Below the pieces are notes generated by a model. It had not been told where the DNA came from, did no database searches, and saw nothing but the letters and a program-made list of their open reading frames with translations. From assembly GCF_001481685.1 (NCBI RefSeq), contig NZ_CP006867.1, positions 300,001-332,000 on the forward strand: a stretch of DNA of 32,000 nucleotides, read 5' to 3'. The translations under genes and the position numbers were made by a program. Below are positions 15,440 to 24,508 of this stretch, piece by piece. Source of the stretch: Ignicoccus islandicus DSM 13165 (lineage in GTDB: Archaea; Thermoproteota; Thermoprotei_A; Sulfolobales; Ignicoccaceae). Numbering within the stretch: position 1 is the stretch's first letter; the number at the start of each line of letters is the position of its first letter.

Positions 15440-16597
15440 TTATTCATTAAGAACTTTCTTCAGCTTCTCAATTGATGTTCTTATGTCTTCCTCGGTTACT
15501 ACGTAAGGCGGCAGGAACCTTATCACAGTTGCACCGGCCTTGAGGGAGAGCACCCCCTCCCTTTGTAGGGCTTCTATGTATTTACCGGGCTTAACCCTCA
15601 ATTCAACGCCTATCATCAATCCCAAGTTCCTAATTTCCCTCACTATTCTTAGCCCCTCTACTTCCTCCCTTAGGAGCTCATCGAATAGCTTGCCTTTCTC
15701 CTTCGCTTTCTGAGGTACGTTGTCCTTTAGAAGCACGTCTATTGCTCCGCTAACGGCAGCCAATGCTAACGGGTTTGCACCGTACGTGGAGCCGTGAATT
15801 CCGCTCTTCACCGATTCAGCGATTTCGTCGTTAACCGCTACCATAGAGACGGGTATTCCATTGCCTATTGCCTTAGCGCTCAAGAGGACGTCTGGATCGC
15901 TAGCCCCTATTCCCTGATAGGCCCAAACGCTTCCGGTTCTACCGAACCCCGCTTGAATTTCATCGAATATTAGAACGGCTCCAACTTCCTTGGTCCTATT
16001 CCTCAACGCCATTAGGAACTCCCTGGTAGCGGGGTTTATCCCGCCCTCTCCTTGAACTGGTTCAACAATTACTGCTGCCGTGTCTTCATCTATGACCTTA
16101 TCCAAGTTCTCAGTGCTATTGAATTCCGCGAAGACGACGTCCTTAAGTAGGAGTTCCTCAACTGGGGCTCTGTAGTCCTTCCCCCACGTAACGCTCAAGC
16201 TTCCTAGCGTCCTTCCGTGGAAGGACCTCTTGAAGGCAACTACCTTCTTCCTCTTAGTATAGTAAAACGAGAGCTTTAGCGCGAGTTCGACCGCTTCCGT
16301 ACCGCTGTTTTGGAAGTACACGTTCAATAGAGTTTTAGGTAATATTTTCGGCAATTTGTTTAGAAGCTCCTCTTTGACGGGATCATCGAAGGAAGGCGAA
16401 TTTATTACCAACGTACCTAGCTGTTCAACTACCTTTGCTACAACTATAGGATTTCTATGACCTAAGAACCCTACTCCGTAGCCGTTGTAGAAGTCTAGGT
16501 ACTTCCTCCAGTTCTCGTCCCATACGTATTGCATGTAAGCCTTAACTATCTTCAGACCCCTCGGGGGATAGAACCTAAGTAACTTCGCTACTTCCAC
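15440..16597 (-). CDS. argD: Class III PLP aminotransferase, acetylornithine / LysW-lysine aminotransferase type (ArgD/LysJ)
   Basis: FDEIQAGFGRTG and LSAKAIGNGIPVS (PLP lysine region). 385 aa. Confidence 0.8.
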   Translation of the reverse strand: MEVAKLLRFYPPRGLKIVKAYMQYVWDENWRKYLDFYNGYGVGFLGHRNPIVVAKVVEQLGTLVINSPSFDDPVKEELLNKLPKILPKTLLNVYFQNSGTEAVELALKLSFYYTKRKKVVAFKRSFHGRTLGSLSVTWGKDYRAPVEELLLKDVVFAEFNSTENLDKVIDEDTAAVIVEPVQGEGGINPATREFLMALRNRTKEVGAVLIFDEIQAGFGRTGSVWAYQGIGASDPDVLLSAKAIGNGIPVSMVAVNDEIAESVKSGIHGSTYGANPLALAAVSGAIDVLLKDNVPQKAKEKGKLFDELLREEVEGLRIVREIRNLGLMIGVELRVKPGKYIEALQREGVLSLKAGATVIRFLPPYVVTEEDIRTSIEKLKKVLNE

Positions 16598-16702
16598 TTC
16601 CGCTAACCGTATTCAAATTCTAGCGAGGATTATTATTGCGTGACGTTGAACCTCAAGCTTATTCCGGTTCGTTTCAGCATCACGATATAGAGGCTGAAGT
16701 AA

Positions 16703-17437
16703 ATGGAAGGTATAGAACTAATGAAAGACCTCTACTTGTTGCCCTTCGGCGGAATTCTTTATAAAGATTATGTTATAATAGCCGACCTTCACTTAGGCTT
16801 CGAAGAGGAAATGTTGAGTAAGGGAGTTTACTTACCGCCAGCTCAATTAAAGAGGGCCTTGGAAGTTCTGGAACTCGCTACCAAGCTTTCCAAAAAGATC
16901 GTAGTAGCGGGCGACTTGAAGCACATGTTTTCCAAGCTTGGAAAGAGGGAACAGAGGGACGTTAAGGCCTTCTTGGACAGGGCCGAGATGTTAGACGTCG
17001 AACTAGTCTTGGTAAGAGGGAACCACGACAACTTCGTGAGGCACTTACTAGAGGAAAGGGGCTTTGACGTAGTTACCCAATTGGACTTGGGAGAAGTGAA
17101 GGTAGTTCACGGTCACGAGCGAGTTGAGTGGGACGGTATCATACTCATGGGTCACGAGCACCCGAGCTTGGGCGTTAGGGACGAAATAGGCGTGTCCGTT
17201 AAGTTCCCATGCTTCCTAAGGGTTCCGCTTGACAAGGGAGAGGCGATAGTACTCCCAGCCATAGGTCCTTATCAGACCGGAAACAACGTAAGCTTACATA
17301 AGGAGGCCTACCTATCTCCAATAATTAGAGATAGAGGGAGAATTGAAGAGGCCGTGCCTTACGTAATTGACGAGGAATTGAGCGTAATAGAGTTCCCGTC
17401 GCTCGGGCTACTTGAAGGCATGCTCCTCGTTCAATAG
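16703..17437 (+). CDS. Calcineurin-like metallophosphoesterase (archaeal SbcD/Mre11-related putative phosphoesterase type)
   Basis: IADLHLGFE, VAGDLKH, VRGNHD and GHEHP motifs. Confidence 0.7.
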   Translation: MEGIELMKDLYLLPFGGILYKDYVIIADLHLGFEEEMLSKGVYLPPAQLKRALEVLELATKLSKKIVVAGDLKHMFSKLGKREQRDVKAFLDRAEMLDVELVLVRGNHDNFVRHLLEERGFDVVTQLDLGEVKVVHGHERVEWDGIILMGHEHPSLGVRDEIGVSVKFPCFLRVPLDKGEAIVLPAIGPYQTGNNVSLHKEAYLSPIIRDRGRIEEAVPYVIDEELSVIEFPSLGLLEGMLLVQ

Positions 17438-17632
17438 CTCGTCTTCAACGCGTCTCCAATTCTTCATTGACGGTCTTATTCTTATTTCGCAACGCTCGTG
17501 GTCTACCTTTACCTCGAACTCCTCTCCACAGATCTCGACGAATCCCTTAGGAACGTAAACGTGAAGGTGATACTCTATATATTCCTTGTCGTACCTCTTT
17601 TTAACAACCTTCTTTACCCTTACCAACGTCAA
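17408..17632 (-). CDS. Hypothetical 74-aa protein
   Basis: TTG-start ORF whose 3' end overlaps the phosphoesterase gene by 30 nt in convergent orientation. No family recognised. Confidence 0.3.
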   Translation of the reverse strand: MTLVRVKKVVKKRYDKEYIEYHLHVYVPKGFVEICGEEFEVKVDHERCEIRIRPSMKNWRRVEDELLNEEHAFK

Positions 17633-17689
17633 CTCCTCACAACGTACCTTTGAGAAGTGAATTTAACTGATTGACCCATTTTGCGTTGC

Positions 17690-17695
17690 AAAAAA
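17690..17695 (-). terminator. Oligo-T (T6) tract, candidate archaeal terminator for the membrane protein gene
   Basis: A6 on the plus strand is T6 on the minus strand, 11-16 nt downstream of the stop at 17706. It sits in a small TTTTGC/GCAAAA hairpin. Confidence 0.35.
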
Positions 17696-17705
17696 GCGTG
17701 GAACG

Positions 17706-18482
17706 TTACGTGCTTCGTACGACTGACTCTGGGTTTGGGGAGCTGGGTTGACTAGTCGCTTGGAGCTTCTCTATGCTCCTCTTGGAGTATGTGTATATCA
17801 GTATTAGCGCTACGAAGAGGGCTGTGTCACCTATCATGTTCTCTGATGTGTTAATCGATATGGATTTTATTATTTTTAGTAGCCACGCTACCATGTATAG
17901 TATCCCCGCTACCTTGAAGCCGTCCTCAATGCCCTCGATCTCCGAGAGTCTTATTAACATAGTCCCGAAGCGCCAGATGCCTATAACGATTAGCACTGCA
18001 CCCGCTAGTAGAGCGCTTATCAATACAAGAATTATTGGAGTCAGCTTCGTGGATTCCGCTCCGTAAGGAATCGCTGCTAACACAAAAAGAAATAAAAGAT
18101 CTACCACGATAATCACTAAGCCTATCAGATGAAGCATCAGCCCTGACCTACCTATGCCAAGCCTCTGGGAATCGAATTCTCTTAACTTACCAGTTGCACG
18201 AAGCCACAGGATGATAGCAGCTATCTCGAATACCGTAAAAACGAGAATGGCTCCCGGTACTGCTCCTTCAACAGGAATAGTACCGCTTAATGTTGTAGGT
18301 ACTACTACTATTGTAGGCACTACTACAGCGAACAGTGCGAGAAGAGCACCCGCCTTAAGCCCCTTTAGAGCCTCTATCAACAGCGCCTTGTCCGACACAA
18401 CCTCTGTCGCTCTACCCACGTCCATCCTCTCAACAAATTGTGCTTCTCCGAACCTAATAAAATTACTAATGCATACCACCAC
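17706..18482 (-). CDS. Multi-pass membrane protein, possibly DUF973-like
   Basis: 258 aa with about six hydrophobic segments. The internal Met at MDVGRATEV may be the real start. Confidence 0.55.
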   Translation of the reverse strand: MVVCISNFIRFGEAQFVERMDVGRATEVVSDKALLIEALKGLKAGALLALFAVVVPTIVVVPTTLSGTIPVEGAVPGAILVFTVFEIAAIILWLRATGKLREFDSQRLGIGRSGLMLHLIGLVIIVVDLLFLFVLAAIPYGAESTKLTPIILVLISALLAGAVLIVIGIWRFGTMLIRLSEIEGIEDGFKVAGILYMVAWLLKIIKSISINTSENMIGDTALFVALILIYTYSKRSIEKLQATSQPSSPNPESVVRST

Positions 18483-19280
18483 GCCAGTAAGTACCGAGGA
18501 ACGCCATCCGTGCTACAATTAAGCGAAAGCTTGTTTCAGAAATATGGGTAAGGGGATACAAAGCACATACTGGTATGTTCTGGATCATGCTATGAGACTA
18601 TGGGTGAGGACGTAGCGTAAGTGTAGCATGAGCGTGGTGGAGTACTCTCAAATGGGGGATCCCTCCGCATACCAAGGGACTCGCACGAACTTGAGCGTAC
18701 AGAGCGGACCCTTCAAGGCGTTAGAGAAGAGGCTAGAGACCCGCTCCTCAATAACAGCAGTAAAGCATAAACACATACCGGAAAAGTCGTCAACGCACTA
18801 CCTAATTAAGAGCGAGGTACTTACGCCAGAAAAGAGGTACGTTCCATCCACTCGACGCGTAGGCTCAGTCCTCTGAACGAATACTCAAATACGCCCGTAA
18901 ACGCGTTATAAGTTGCTTTGCACGGTAATGAACGGTTGTATACGTTTGCACCACCATGAGATGGGTTCCAAGAGAGCGGTTCGTGAGGGGATGCGTTTAA
19001 GCGGAAGGTTTGAGGTTAAGGGGCCTTTCCCTAACCCTCATGAAGTTTAATGACTACTGGCGCTCTGAGGGAGTTGTGCCCCCTCCCTCGCGGGAAGCGT
19101 CCGCACAATTGGGTGGAACTTCCATCGCACTGCGGCTCGTCTGGAATTTCGATACTGAGTAGCTAGGAGGTATTGCAAACTATTAGAAGTTACGCTAGCC
19201 CGAAACAGCCTTTATGTGAGCGACCTTCCCACGCCCCCTAAAGAACGTAAATACAGTTAAAGGCTGCTCGTTCTGGAGCT

Positions 19281-20720
19281 TTAAACTAAGTAGCTCAAGT
19301 CAACTGGTATCCTAACCCTCTTTCCTATTAAGTTTACGACGTCGCCTTCCATGGAATTAATTACCTCCACTAAGTCCTCCATTCCGCCGCTCACGTTCGT
19401 TCTCTTCGAGGCTCCGAAGTCCCACTTCCTTATGAACAACTTCCCTTCCTTTGCTTCGTTCTCACCGATGTAAATTACTACGGGCGGTTTGAGAGTGCCT
19501 TCGACCTTCCTTACGTCTTTCTTGAGCCTAGTCTTGGTCGAATACATGGAGGAAACCCTAATTTCCATCTCTCGTAACTTCGATTCAACTTCCTTTACCA
19601 TTTCATCGATCTTAGAATCCACTTCCTCGTTCCCCGTCTTTATTCCTACTACTAGCGCTTGCAAGGGGGCTAAGGTAAAGGGTAACCTACCTTTGAACAT
19701 TTCCAAGTAAATTCCTATGAATCTCTCTATGCTCCCAAGTAAGGCTCTATGGATCATGTACAAGTCCTCTATTCCATGCGTTTCCTTAACTAGTTCCGCT
19801 AGCTTGAACCTCCTAGGCAAGTTGAAATCGAACTGGGCGGTACCTATCTGCCATTCCTTCCTTTCCTCGCCTAGGTATACAACCAAGTCTAGCTTGGGAC
19901 CATAGAACGCTGCCTCCCCTTCCTGAGCGAAGTATTCTATTCCATATTTCCTCTTAATTTCGTCCGCAGCCTTGTGGAGCATTTCCTCGGAGAACTCCCA
20001 TTCCTCCCTCGAGCCCATGAACTCTTCGCCTATTTTTGACTTATCAGATAAGCTTAACCTTAGCTTCACGCTCTCAGCGGTAACGGGTATGTGGAAGATC
20101 TTCTCGTATACGTCCTTCATCATTTCAAATACTTCGAGGATCGCCGGTAGTACGTTCGCTTGATTAGCGAATATGTGGGCGTCGTCTTGGGTGAAGGCCC
20201 TAACTCTCAGCAAACCCCTGAGAGCTCCAGCTATCTCGTATCTATGAACTTTACCCAGTTCGAACGTCTTGAAAGGTATCGGTACCTTGGAACCGTACTT
20301 CTGAAGGGAATGCATGAATATTAATACGTGGAAGGGACAATTCATGGGCTTTATTGCGTACTCGTCTCCCTCTATGTTTAATAGAAACATGTTCTCTTTA
20401 TAAAAATGAAGGTGACCGGTCAATTCGTAAAGCGTAGTTCTGGCTAGGATGGGCGTCTCAACTAGCTTATACCCCTTGAGAACGTGGTACCTCTTAAAGA
20501 TCTCACCTAAGGCTTCCCTCAAGACGGCCCCTCCTACGCTGAAGAGGGGGTTCCCCGCTCCAACGTAGTATCCGTATTCGTTTCCTATCTTCGGAACCGG
20601 TGTGGTTGGTTTAACCGCTATATCAAGTTCGACCGCGTAATCCATGTGGTCTTTCTGCATCTCATAGGTCCCACTTACAGGAATTACGAGGACGTAAAGA
20701 ACTGCTACGTCTACGTTCAA
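19281..20720 (-). CDS. thrS: Threonine--tRNA ligase, catalytic-type subunit lacking the N-terminal editing domain
   Basis: IKPMNCPFH, HRYEIAGALRGLLRVRAFTQDDAHIF and a C-terminal anticodon-binding region. The listed start is TTG; ATG at 20660 or 20645 is more plausible. Confidence 0.85.
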   Translation of the reverse strand: MNVDVAVLYVLVIPVSGTYEMQKDHMDYAVELDIAVKPTTPVPKIGNEYGYYVGAGNPLFSVGGAVLREALGEIFKRYHVLKGYKLVETPILARTTLYELTGHLHFYKENMFLLNIEGDEYAIKPMNCPFHVLIFMHSLQKYGSKVPIPFKTFELGKVHRYEIAGALRGLLRVRAFTQDDAHIFANQANVLPAILEVFEMMKDVYEKIFHIPVTAESVKLRLSLSDKSKIGEEFMGSREEWEFSEEMLHKAADEIKRKYGIEYFAQEGEAAFYGPKLDLVVYLGEERKEWQIGTAQFDFNLPRRFKLAELVKETHGIEDLYMIHRALLGSIERFIGIYLEMFKGRLPFTLAPLQALVVGIKTGNEEVDSKIDEMVKEVESKLREMEIRVSSMYSTKTRLKKDVRKVEGTLKPPVVIYIGENEAKEGKLFIRKWDFGASKRTNVSGGMEDLVEVINSMEGDVVNLIGKRVRIPVDLSYLV

Positions 20721-20772
20721 CTATCAACGACTCCTCTCCTATACTTTAACCTTCCTAATCGAAATCGATCTG

Positions 20773-21396
20773 GTGGAAAGTTTGTGTTGGGAGACCGCTC
20801 GGGCCTCCAGTTTGTTGAGGTTAAAGAAAGACATTGAGGAAGGGCTAGTTGACGAGGAATTGATAGAGCTATTGAAAGCTCTAAACGAGAACGAAATGCT
20901 GTTTACCACTTCTAGTTGCGCTGGGAGGATAACCCTAGGGTGTAGCGACGATTTCCTAAACAACAAGGTAGCAGCTAATAACGTTATAGTTAGTCATTCG
21001 CCAGTGAGCGTCGACCTAGTACTCAATGCGTTAAAGGGAATGGAGTGCAAGTGGAGCTGGTTGAAGGCCTCTCATCCGCTCTTAGACATAGCAGTAAAGG
21101 ACTTGGACTTAGCTTTGGATCTAGTTGGCTTCGCTCAGAGAGCAGGCTTCAAGTATTCGGGCATACAGAGGTCCAGGTGCTGTTATAGAGTGATAGTTAG
21201 GGGTTCGGATAACTTGCAGGCCCCGCTGACTGGCAACGAGGATCCGAAGACCGTAGCCAAGCTCGTAGGAACTGCCAACAGGTTCCTCATTAACGGGAAG
21301 CTGAAGCTAACTAAGTTCGTTAGCATCTTAGAATCCGAAGGAGTAATCGATGGACTCGATGAGCTCCTACTTGAGGATCTGTTCGACTCTCCTTAG
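20773..21396 (+). CDS. taw3: tRNA wyosine-derivative methyltransferase Taw3 (TYW3 family)
   Basis: LFTTSSCAGRITL matches the TTSSCSGRI signature of TYW3. 207 aa, GTG start. Confidence 0.7.
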   Translation: MESLCWETARASSLLRLKKDIEEGLVDEELIELLKALNENEMLFTTSSCAGRITLGCSDDFLNNKVAANNVIVSHSPVSVDLVLNALKGMECKWSWLKASHPLLDIAVKDLDLALDLVGFAQRAGFKYSGIQRSRCCYRVIVRGSDNLQAPLTGNEDPKTVAKLVGTANRFLINGKLKLTKFVSILESEGVIDGLDELLLEDLFDSP

Positions 21397-21648
21397 GATC
21401 TTCTCTATGTCCTCCAACCTGAAGTTACCTTCTACGCGCCTTATTTCCTTCCAGTCCTCATCGTAAATAACTATCGCGGGAAGCCAACTTATACCCTTCT
21501 CTTTCAATATTTTGCTAGTTTCCGCGCTATATTCGACCTTGATAGTGATGAGCTCGCCTTTGTAGAGCCTCTTGAGCTCCCTCCATACGTGCTCTACGTC
21601 GGAACAAGTTGGGCAGTACTTGGAGGTATAGAAGACCGCGAATAACAC
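21367..21648 (-). CDS. Thioredoxin-fold protein
   Basis: 93 aa with a CPTC active-site-like motif (YTSKYCPTCSDV) and a WLPAIVIY strand. Confidence 0.65.
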   Translation of the reverse strand: MLFAVFYTSKYCPTCSDVEHVWRELKRLYKGELITIKVEYSAETSKILKEKGISWLPAIVIYDEDWKEIRRVEGNFRLEDIEKILRRVEQILK

Positions 21649-21684
21649 TTTTCCGTTCCCTGCAGGAAAGTCGCGGTTCTCCTT

Positions 21685-21690
21685 AAAAAA
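21685..21690 (-). terminator. Oligo-T (T6) tract downstream of purT
   Basis: A6 on the plus strand, ~40 nt past the purT stop. It could equally be part of the thioredoxin promoter AT box. Confidence 0.25.
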
Positions 21691-21729
21691 TTGTAATACT
21701 GAGGAATTACTTTCAGTTCCCTTCCAAAT

Positions 21730-22956
21730 TCATCTGCACCTAACGACCTTCAGCTTGGAAACGCCTTCCCTAACCTTTCTCAGAGCTTCCTCTACGGTTG
21801 AGCCGGTAGCTATCGCAACTCCCATCCTCCTCTCGACGTAGCTCCTCGGTTTACCGAACCACCACAGGTGGAAGCCACGTACCTTCAGCGCCTCCCTTAC
21901 CCCCTCCAAACAAGGGGCCTCGATTTCCTCGCTAGCCAGTATTACCTTACTAGCCGCAGGAGTTAGGAGCTTCGGTAAGGGCACGGGAAGACCTAGGACC
22001 GCTCTAGCGTGGATGGCGAACTCGCTTAGTTCCATACTGGCCAGAGTAACCAAACCGGTATCGTGGGGCCTCGGAGACACTTCGCTGAAGAGAACCCTAC
22101 CGTCCTTAGTAACTAGTATTTCAACACCGAATATACCGAGTCCGCCTAAGGCTTCCACTACCTTCTCAGCTATTCCTTGCGCTTTCGAAATTACTTCCTC
22201 GCTTACAGTAGCGGGATGCCAAGATTCGTAATAATAGTATATACCCTTGGGCCTTTGATGCTCCACGGGAACCAACGGAACCGTTTCGATTCCATTACCG
22301 GTATCGTGTCTGTACGTTAAGGCGGTGAGTTCGGTCGCCACCTCAACGAACTCTTCAACTATAACCTTCTCGCTCTTACCCCTCGCGTGAGCAATCGCTT
22401 CCTTGAACGCCTTCTTAGCTTCCTCTTTATTGGAAGCTAAGGCGTGACCGTGACCGGAAGAGCTCATTTCGGGTTTTATTAAACACGGAAAACCTACGGC
22501 CTCGCACGCCTCAGCCGCTTCGTCTTCATTGAATGCGAACTTGTACTTGGTAGTGGACACGCCAACCTTCTCGGCCGCGAACTCTCTCAACCTAAGCCTA
22601 TTCATAGTTATTCCAACGGCTTCCGCGTTCGGAATTACCCTATAACCTTCGGCCTCCAAGTCTTTTAATGCATCTAAGTTGATCGCCTCCACTTCGGGAA
22701 TTACTACGTCCGGATGTTCCCTCCTGACGACGTCCACAACTTGATCGTAATCGAGCATGTTTATTACGTACCTTTTATGGGCCACGTGCATCGCCGGAGC
22801 GCGGTCGTATCTATCGACCGCAATCGTCTCGATACCCAACCTCTGGAGCTCTATGACCACTTCCTTCCCTAGTTCCCCCGATCCAAGCAATAGCGCCTTA
22901 TTTGCGGAGGAGGTCCAAGCAGTTCCAAGTAGTTTGATCATAAGAATTTCCACCAA
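21730..22956 (-). CDS. purT: Formate-dependent phosphoribosylglycinamide formyltransferase (GAR transformylase 2)
   Basis: LLLGSGELGKEVVIELQRLGIETIAVDRYDRAPAMHVAHKRYVINMLD is near-colinear with the PurT N-terminus. Likely start is the ATG at 22941 (MIKLLGTAW). Confidence 0.9.
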   Translation of the reverse strand: MVEILMIKLLGTAWTSSANKALLLGSGELGKEVVIELQRLGIETIAVDRYDRAPAMHVAHKRYVINMLDYDQVVDVVRREHPDVVIPEVEAINLDALKDLEAEGYRVIPNAEAVGITMNRLRLREFAAEKVGVSTTKYKFAFNEDEAAEACEAVGFPCLIKPEMSSSGHGHALASNKEEAKKAFKEAIAHARGKSEKVIVEEFVEVATELTALTYRHDTGNGIETVPLVPVEHQRPKGIYYYYESWHPATVSEEVISKAQGIAEKVVEALGGLGIFGVEILVTKDGRVLFSEVSPRPHDTGLVTLASMELSEFAIHARAVLGLPVPLPKLLTPAASKVILASEEIEAPCLEGVREALKVRGFHLWWFGKPRSYVERRMGVAIATGSTVEEALRKVREGVSKLKVVRCR

Positions 22957-23062
22957 GACCTCTAGTTCAAAGTCGTTACATTAACTTTATCGTCATAGGG
23001 TAATACCCGCACTCTTACGTGAAATAAACTCAGTTAGAAATCCTAACAGTGAGGGACGAATC

Positions 23063-23539
23063 GTGGAAGAAGTAATTAAGTTCTCGAAAGATGGTATCGA
23101 AGCACTAGTGGCGCCTTGCAGCGAACTGGAAAAGGAGCTCACTTCCAATGACTTCGTCATTTTAATAGGAAAAAAGGGTAAATTGGAAGCGGAGGCGGAA
23201 ACCGCTTCAGTAGAGGTTACCAAGGACTCCATAAAGTCTATGGATCAATTCGTTGATGTATTGAAGAAAGCAATTGAAGCATTGGAGAATGGAAGGAGAA
23301 TAGCCGCTTGTTGTCCTAAAGGGTGTACTAGGTCCACTATGGCAGTGTCAGCCGCTCTAATAGCCTACGGCGTTCCGTACAAGGAACTGGAGGAATTCTT
23401 CACGGAAAAGGGATGTTGGCCTAAGAGCTGTACTCACAGAGCCCTGCTAATGATTCTGGAGTACTTAAGGAGGAAAGGAATTACTGGCACAGAAGCCGTA
23501 GAGGAACTCAAGAACGTGGCCGACCTATTCTCTAAGTAA
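23063..23539 (+). CDS. Small Cys-based protein phosphatase-like protein (CX5R(S/T) P-loop)
   Basis: IAACCPKGCTRSTMAVSAALIAYG fits C-x5-R-S/T followed by the usual helix. At 158 aa it is similar in size to small archaeal tyrosine/dual-specificity phosphatases. Confidence 0.5.
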   Translation: MEEVIKFSKDGIEALVAPCSELEKELTSNDFVILIGKKGKLEAEAETASVEVTKDSIKSMDQFVDVLKKAIEALENGRRIAACCPKGCTRSTMAVSAALIAYGVPYKELEEFFTEKGCWPKSCTHRALLMILEYLRRKGITGTEAVEELKNVADLFSK

Positions 23540-23875
23540 TTACTTAATCAACTTTTTGGTTCATTTCCGACTTATCACTCACTTCTTCTCTATATTCGTT
23601 ACTACGCTTGGACGTTTGCAGTAGTAACTGCTATAGAGATGTTGCGCTTGCATAAATTTAGCATTCACCATCCCATGGTGAATCCTCATCTCCACCTCTT
23701 GTCCAAATTCGCTTTTCCATTTACTCACAATCAATTCACTCATTCCCTTAACCTTAACCATTTGAATTCAGAATTAATGGTCTTCTTAAGCACCTTCAGT
23801 TTCTACCAGCCTTCCCAATTGTTAATTTCATTTCAACTTAATCAATTAGCATTGTATTTGCAAAATCAAACGTAA

Positions 23876-24147
23876 TTTACCAATTCAGAGCTCAGGCCAT
23901 CAGTACAAGGTTCTTTCAAGATCGATCTTTACAATGAGAAGGTGCTTAGAGGCGTTAATAAGCGATCATGAGAACTCTGATGATCATGGGGATTTCTACT
24001 CCAGCCTACCTTATACAAGCATATGCATGCATATATTGGACAACTACTTGAGTTTAAGTTCGAAGAGGGAAGATATGGTTGAGGAAAGGCAGATGAAGGG
24101 AAAGGGTTAAAAAGTGAGAAAGAGGTTGTTTAAATAGGAGGGCAACG
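23876..24147 (+). promoter_or_regulatory. Putative CRISPR leader
   Basis: AT-rich ORF-free tract directly upstream of repeat 1. AT boxes TTAAAAAG (~24107-24114) and TTTAAATA (24129-24136). 14-bp palindrome ATATGCATGCATAT at 24021-24034. Confidence 0.45.
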
Positions 24148-24508
24148 GTAGAGATCCAATAGGGAATAGAAAGTCCATCTCTTCAAACAAGTCCCTGAGA
24201 TTCTCTGATAAGAGGTAGAGATCCAATAGGGAATAGAAAGTCGTTCACTGTGAACGGTAGGTCTGCGATAATTAATATCGAGTAGAGTCCCAATAGGGAA
24301 TAGAAAGTTTACAGAAACTTCAACTTCAAAGTGTGGTGTACAATTGTAGAGTCCCAATAGGGAATAGAAAGCGAGTTCACGCACCCCCTCCTGTACTCGA
24401 TTCATTTCATCAAAGTAGAATCCCAATAGGGAATAGAAATATTCTAGATAGTGAATTCGAAGAAGAAAATGAGGGAAAGAGGGTAGAATCCCAATAGGGA
24501 ACAGAAAG
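24148..24508 (+). CRISPR. Orphan mini CRISPR array: 6 repeats of 26 nt and 5 spacers of 38-43 nt
   Basis: Repeats at 24148, 24215, 24282, 24346, 24415 and 24483. R1-2 GTAGAGATCCAATAGGGAATAGAAAG; R3-4 GTAGAGTCCCAATAGGGAATAGAAAG; R5 GTAGAATCCCAATAGGGAATAGAAAT; R6 GTAGAATCCCAATAGGGAACAGAAAG. Plus orientation is inferred from the 3' ATAGAAAG, which resembles the crenarchaeal 8-nt crRNA 5' handle ATTGAAAG. Confidence 0.9.

Noticed and set aside
18628-18876. 82-aa plus-strand ORF in the 18.5-19.3 kb gap
   Set aside because: No ribosome-binding or promoter context, no recognisable motif, and it lies opposite to both flanking genes. It is kept only as part of the non-coding candidate region.
18483-19280. 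RNase P RNA or SRP (7S) RNA in the gap
   Set aside because: I looked for the RNase P CR-I core (GGAAAGUCC) and the SRP helix-8 type motifs on both strands and did not find them. Only a near-miss, CCGGAAAAGUCG, is present at 18778. A covariance-model search is needed before naming any family.
23579-23875. ORFs 23579-23761 (minus) and 23639-23875 (plus)
   Set aside because: They overlap each other in an AT-rich tract upstream of the CRISPR leader. The translations are low-complexity (His/Leu/Phe/Asn-rich), with no start context.
24174-24214. Spacer 1 partial match to the element (CTTCAAACaAGT vs CTTCAAACgAGT at ~1091-1102)
   Set aside because: It is only 11 of 12 contiguous positions. Matches of this size are expected by chance for five spacers against 64 kb of two-strand sequence.
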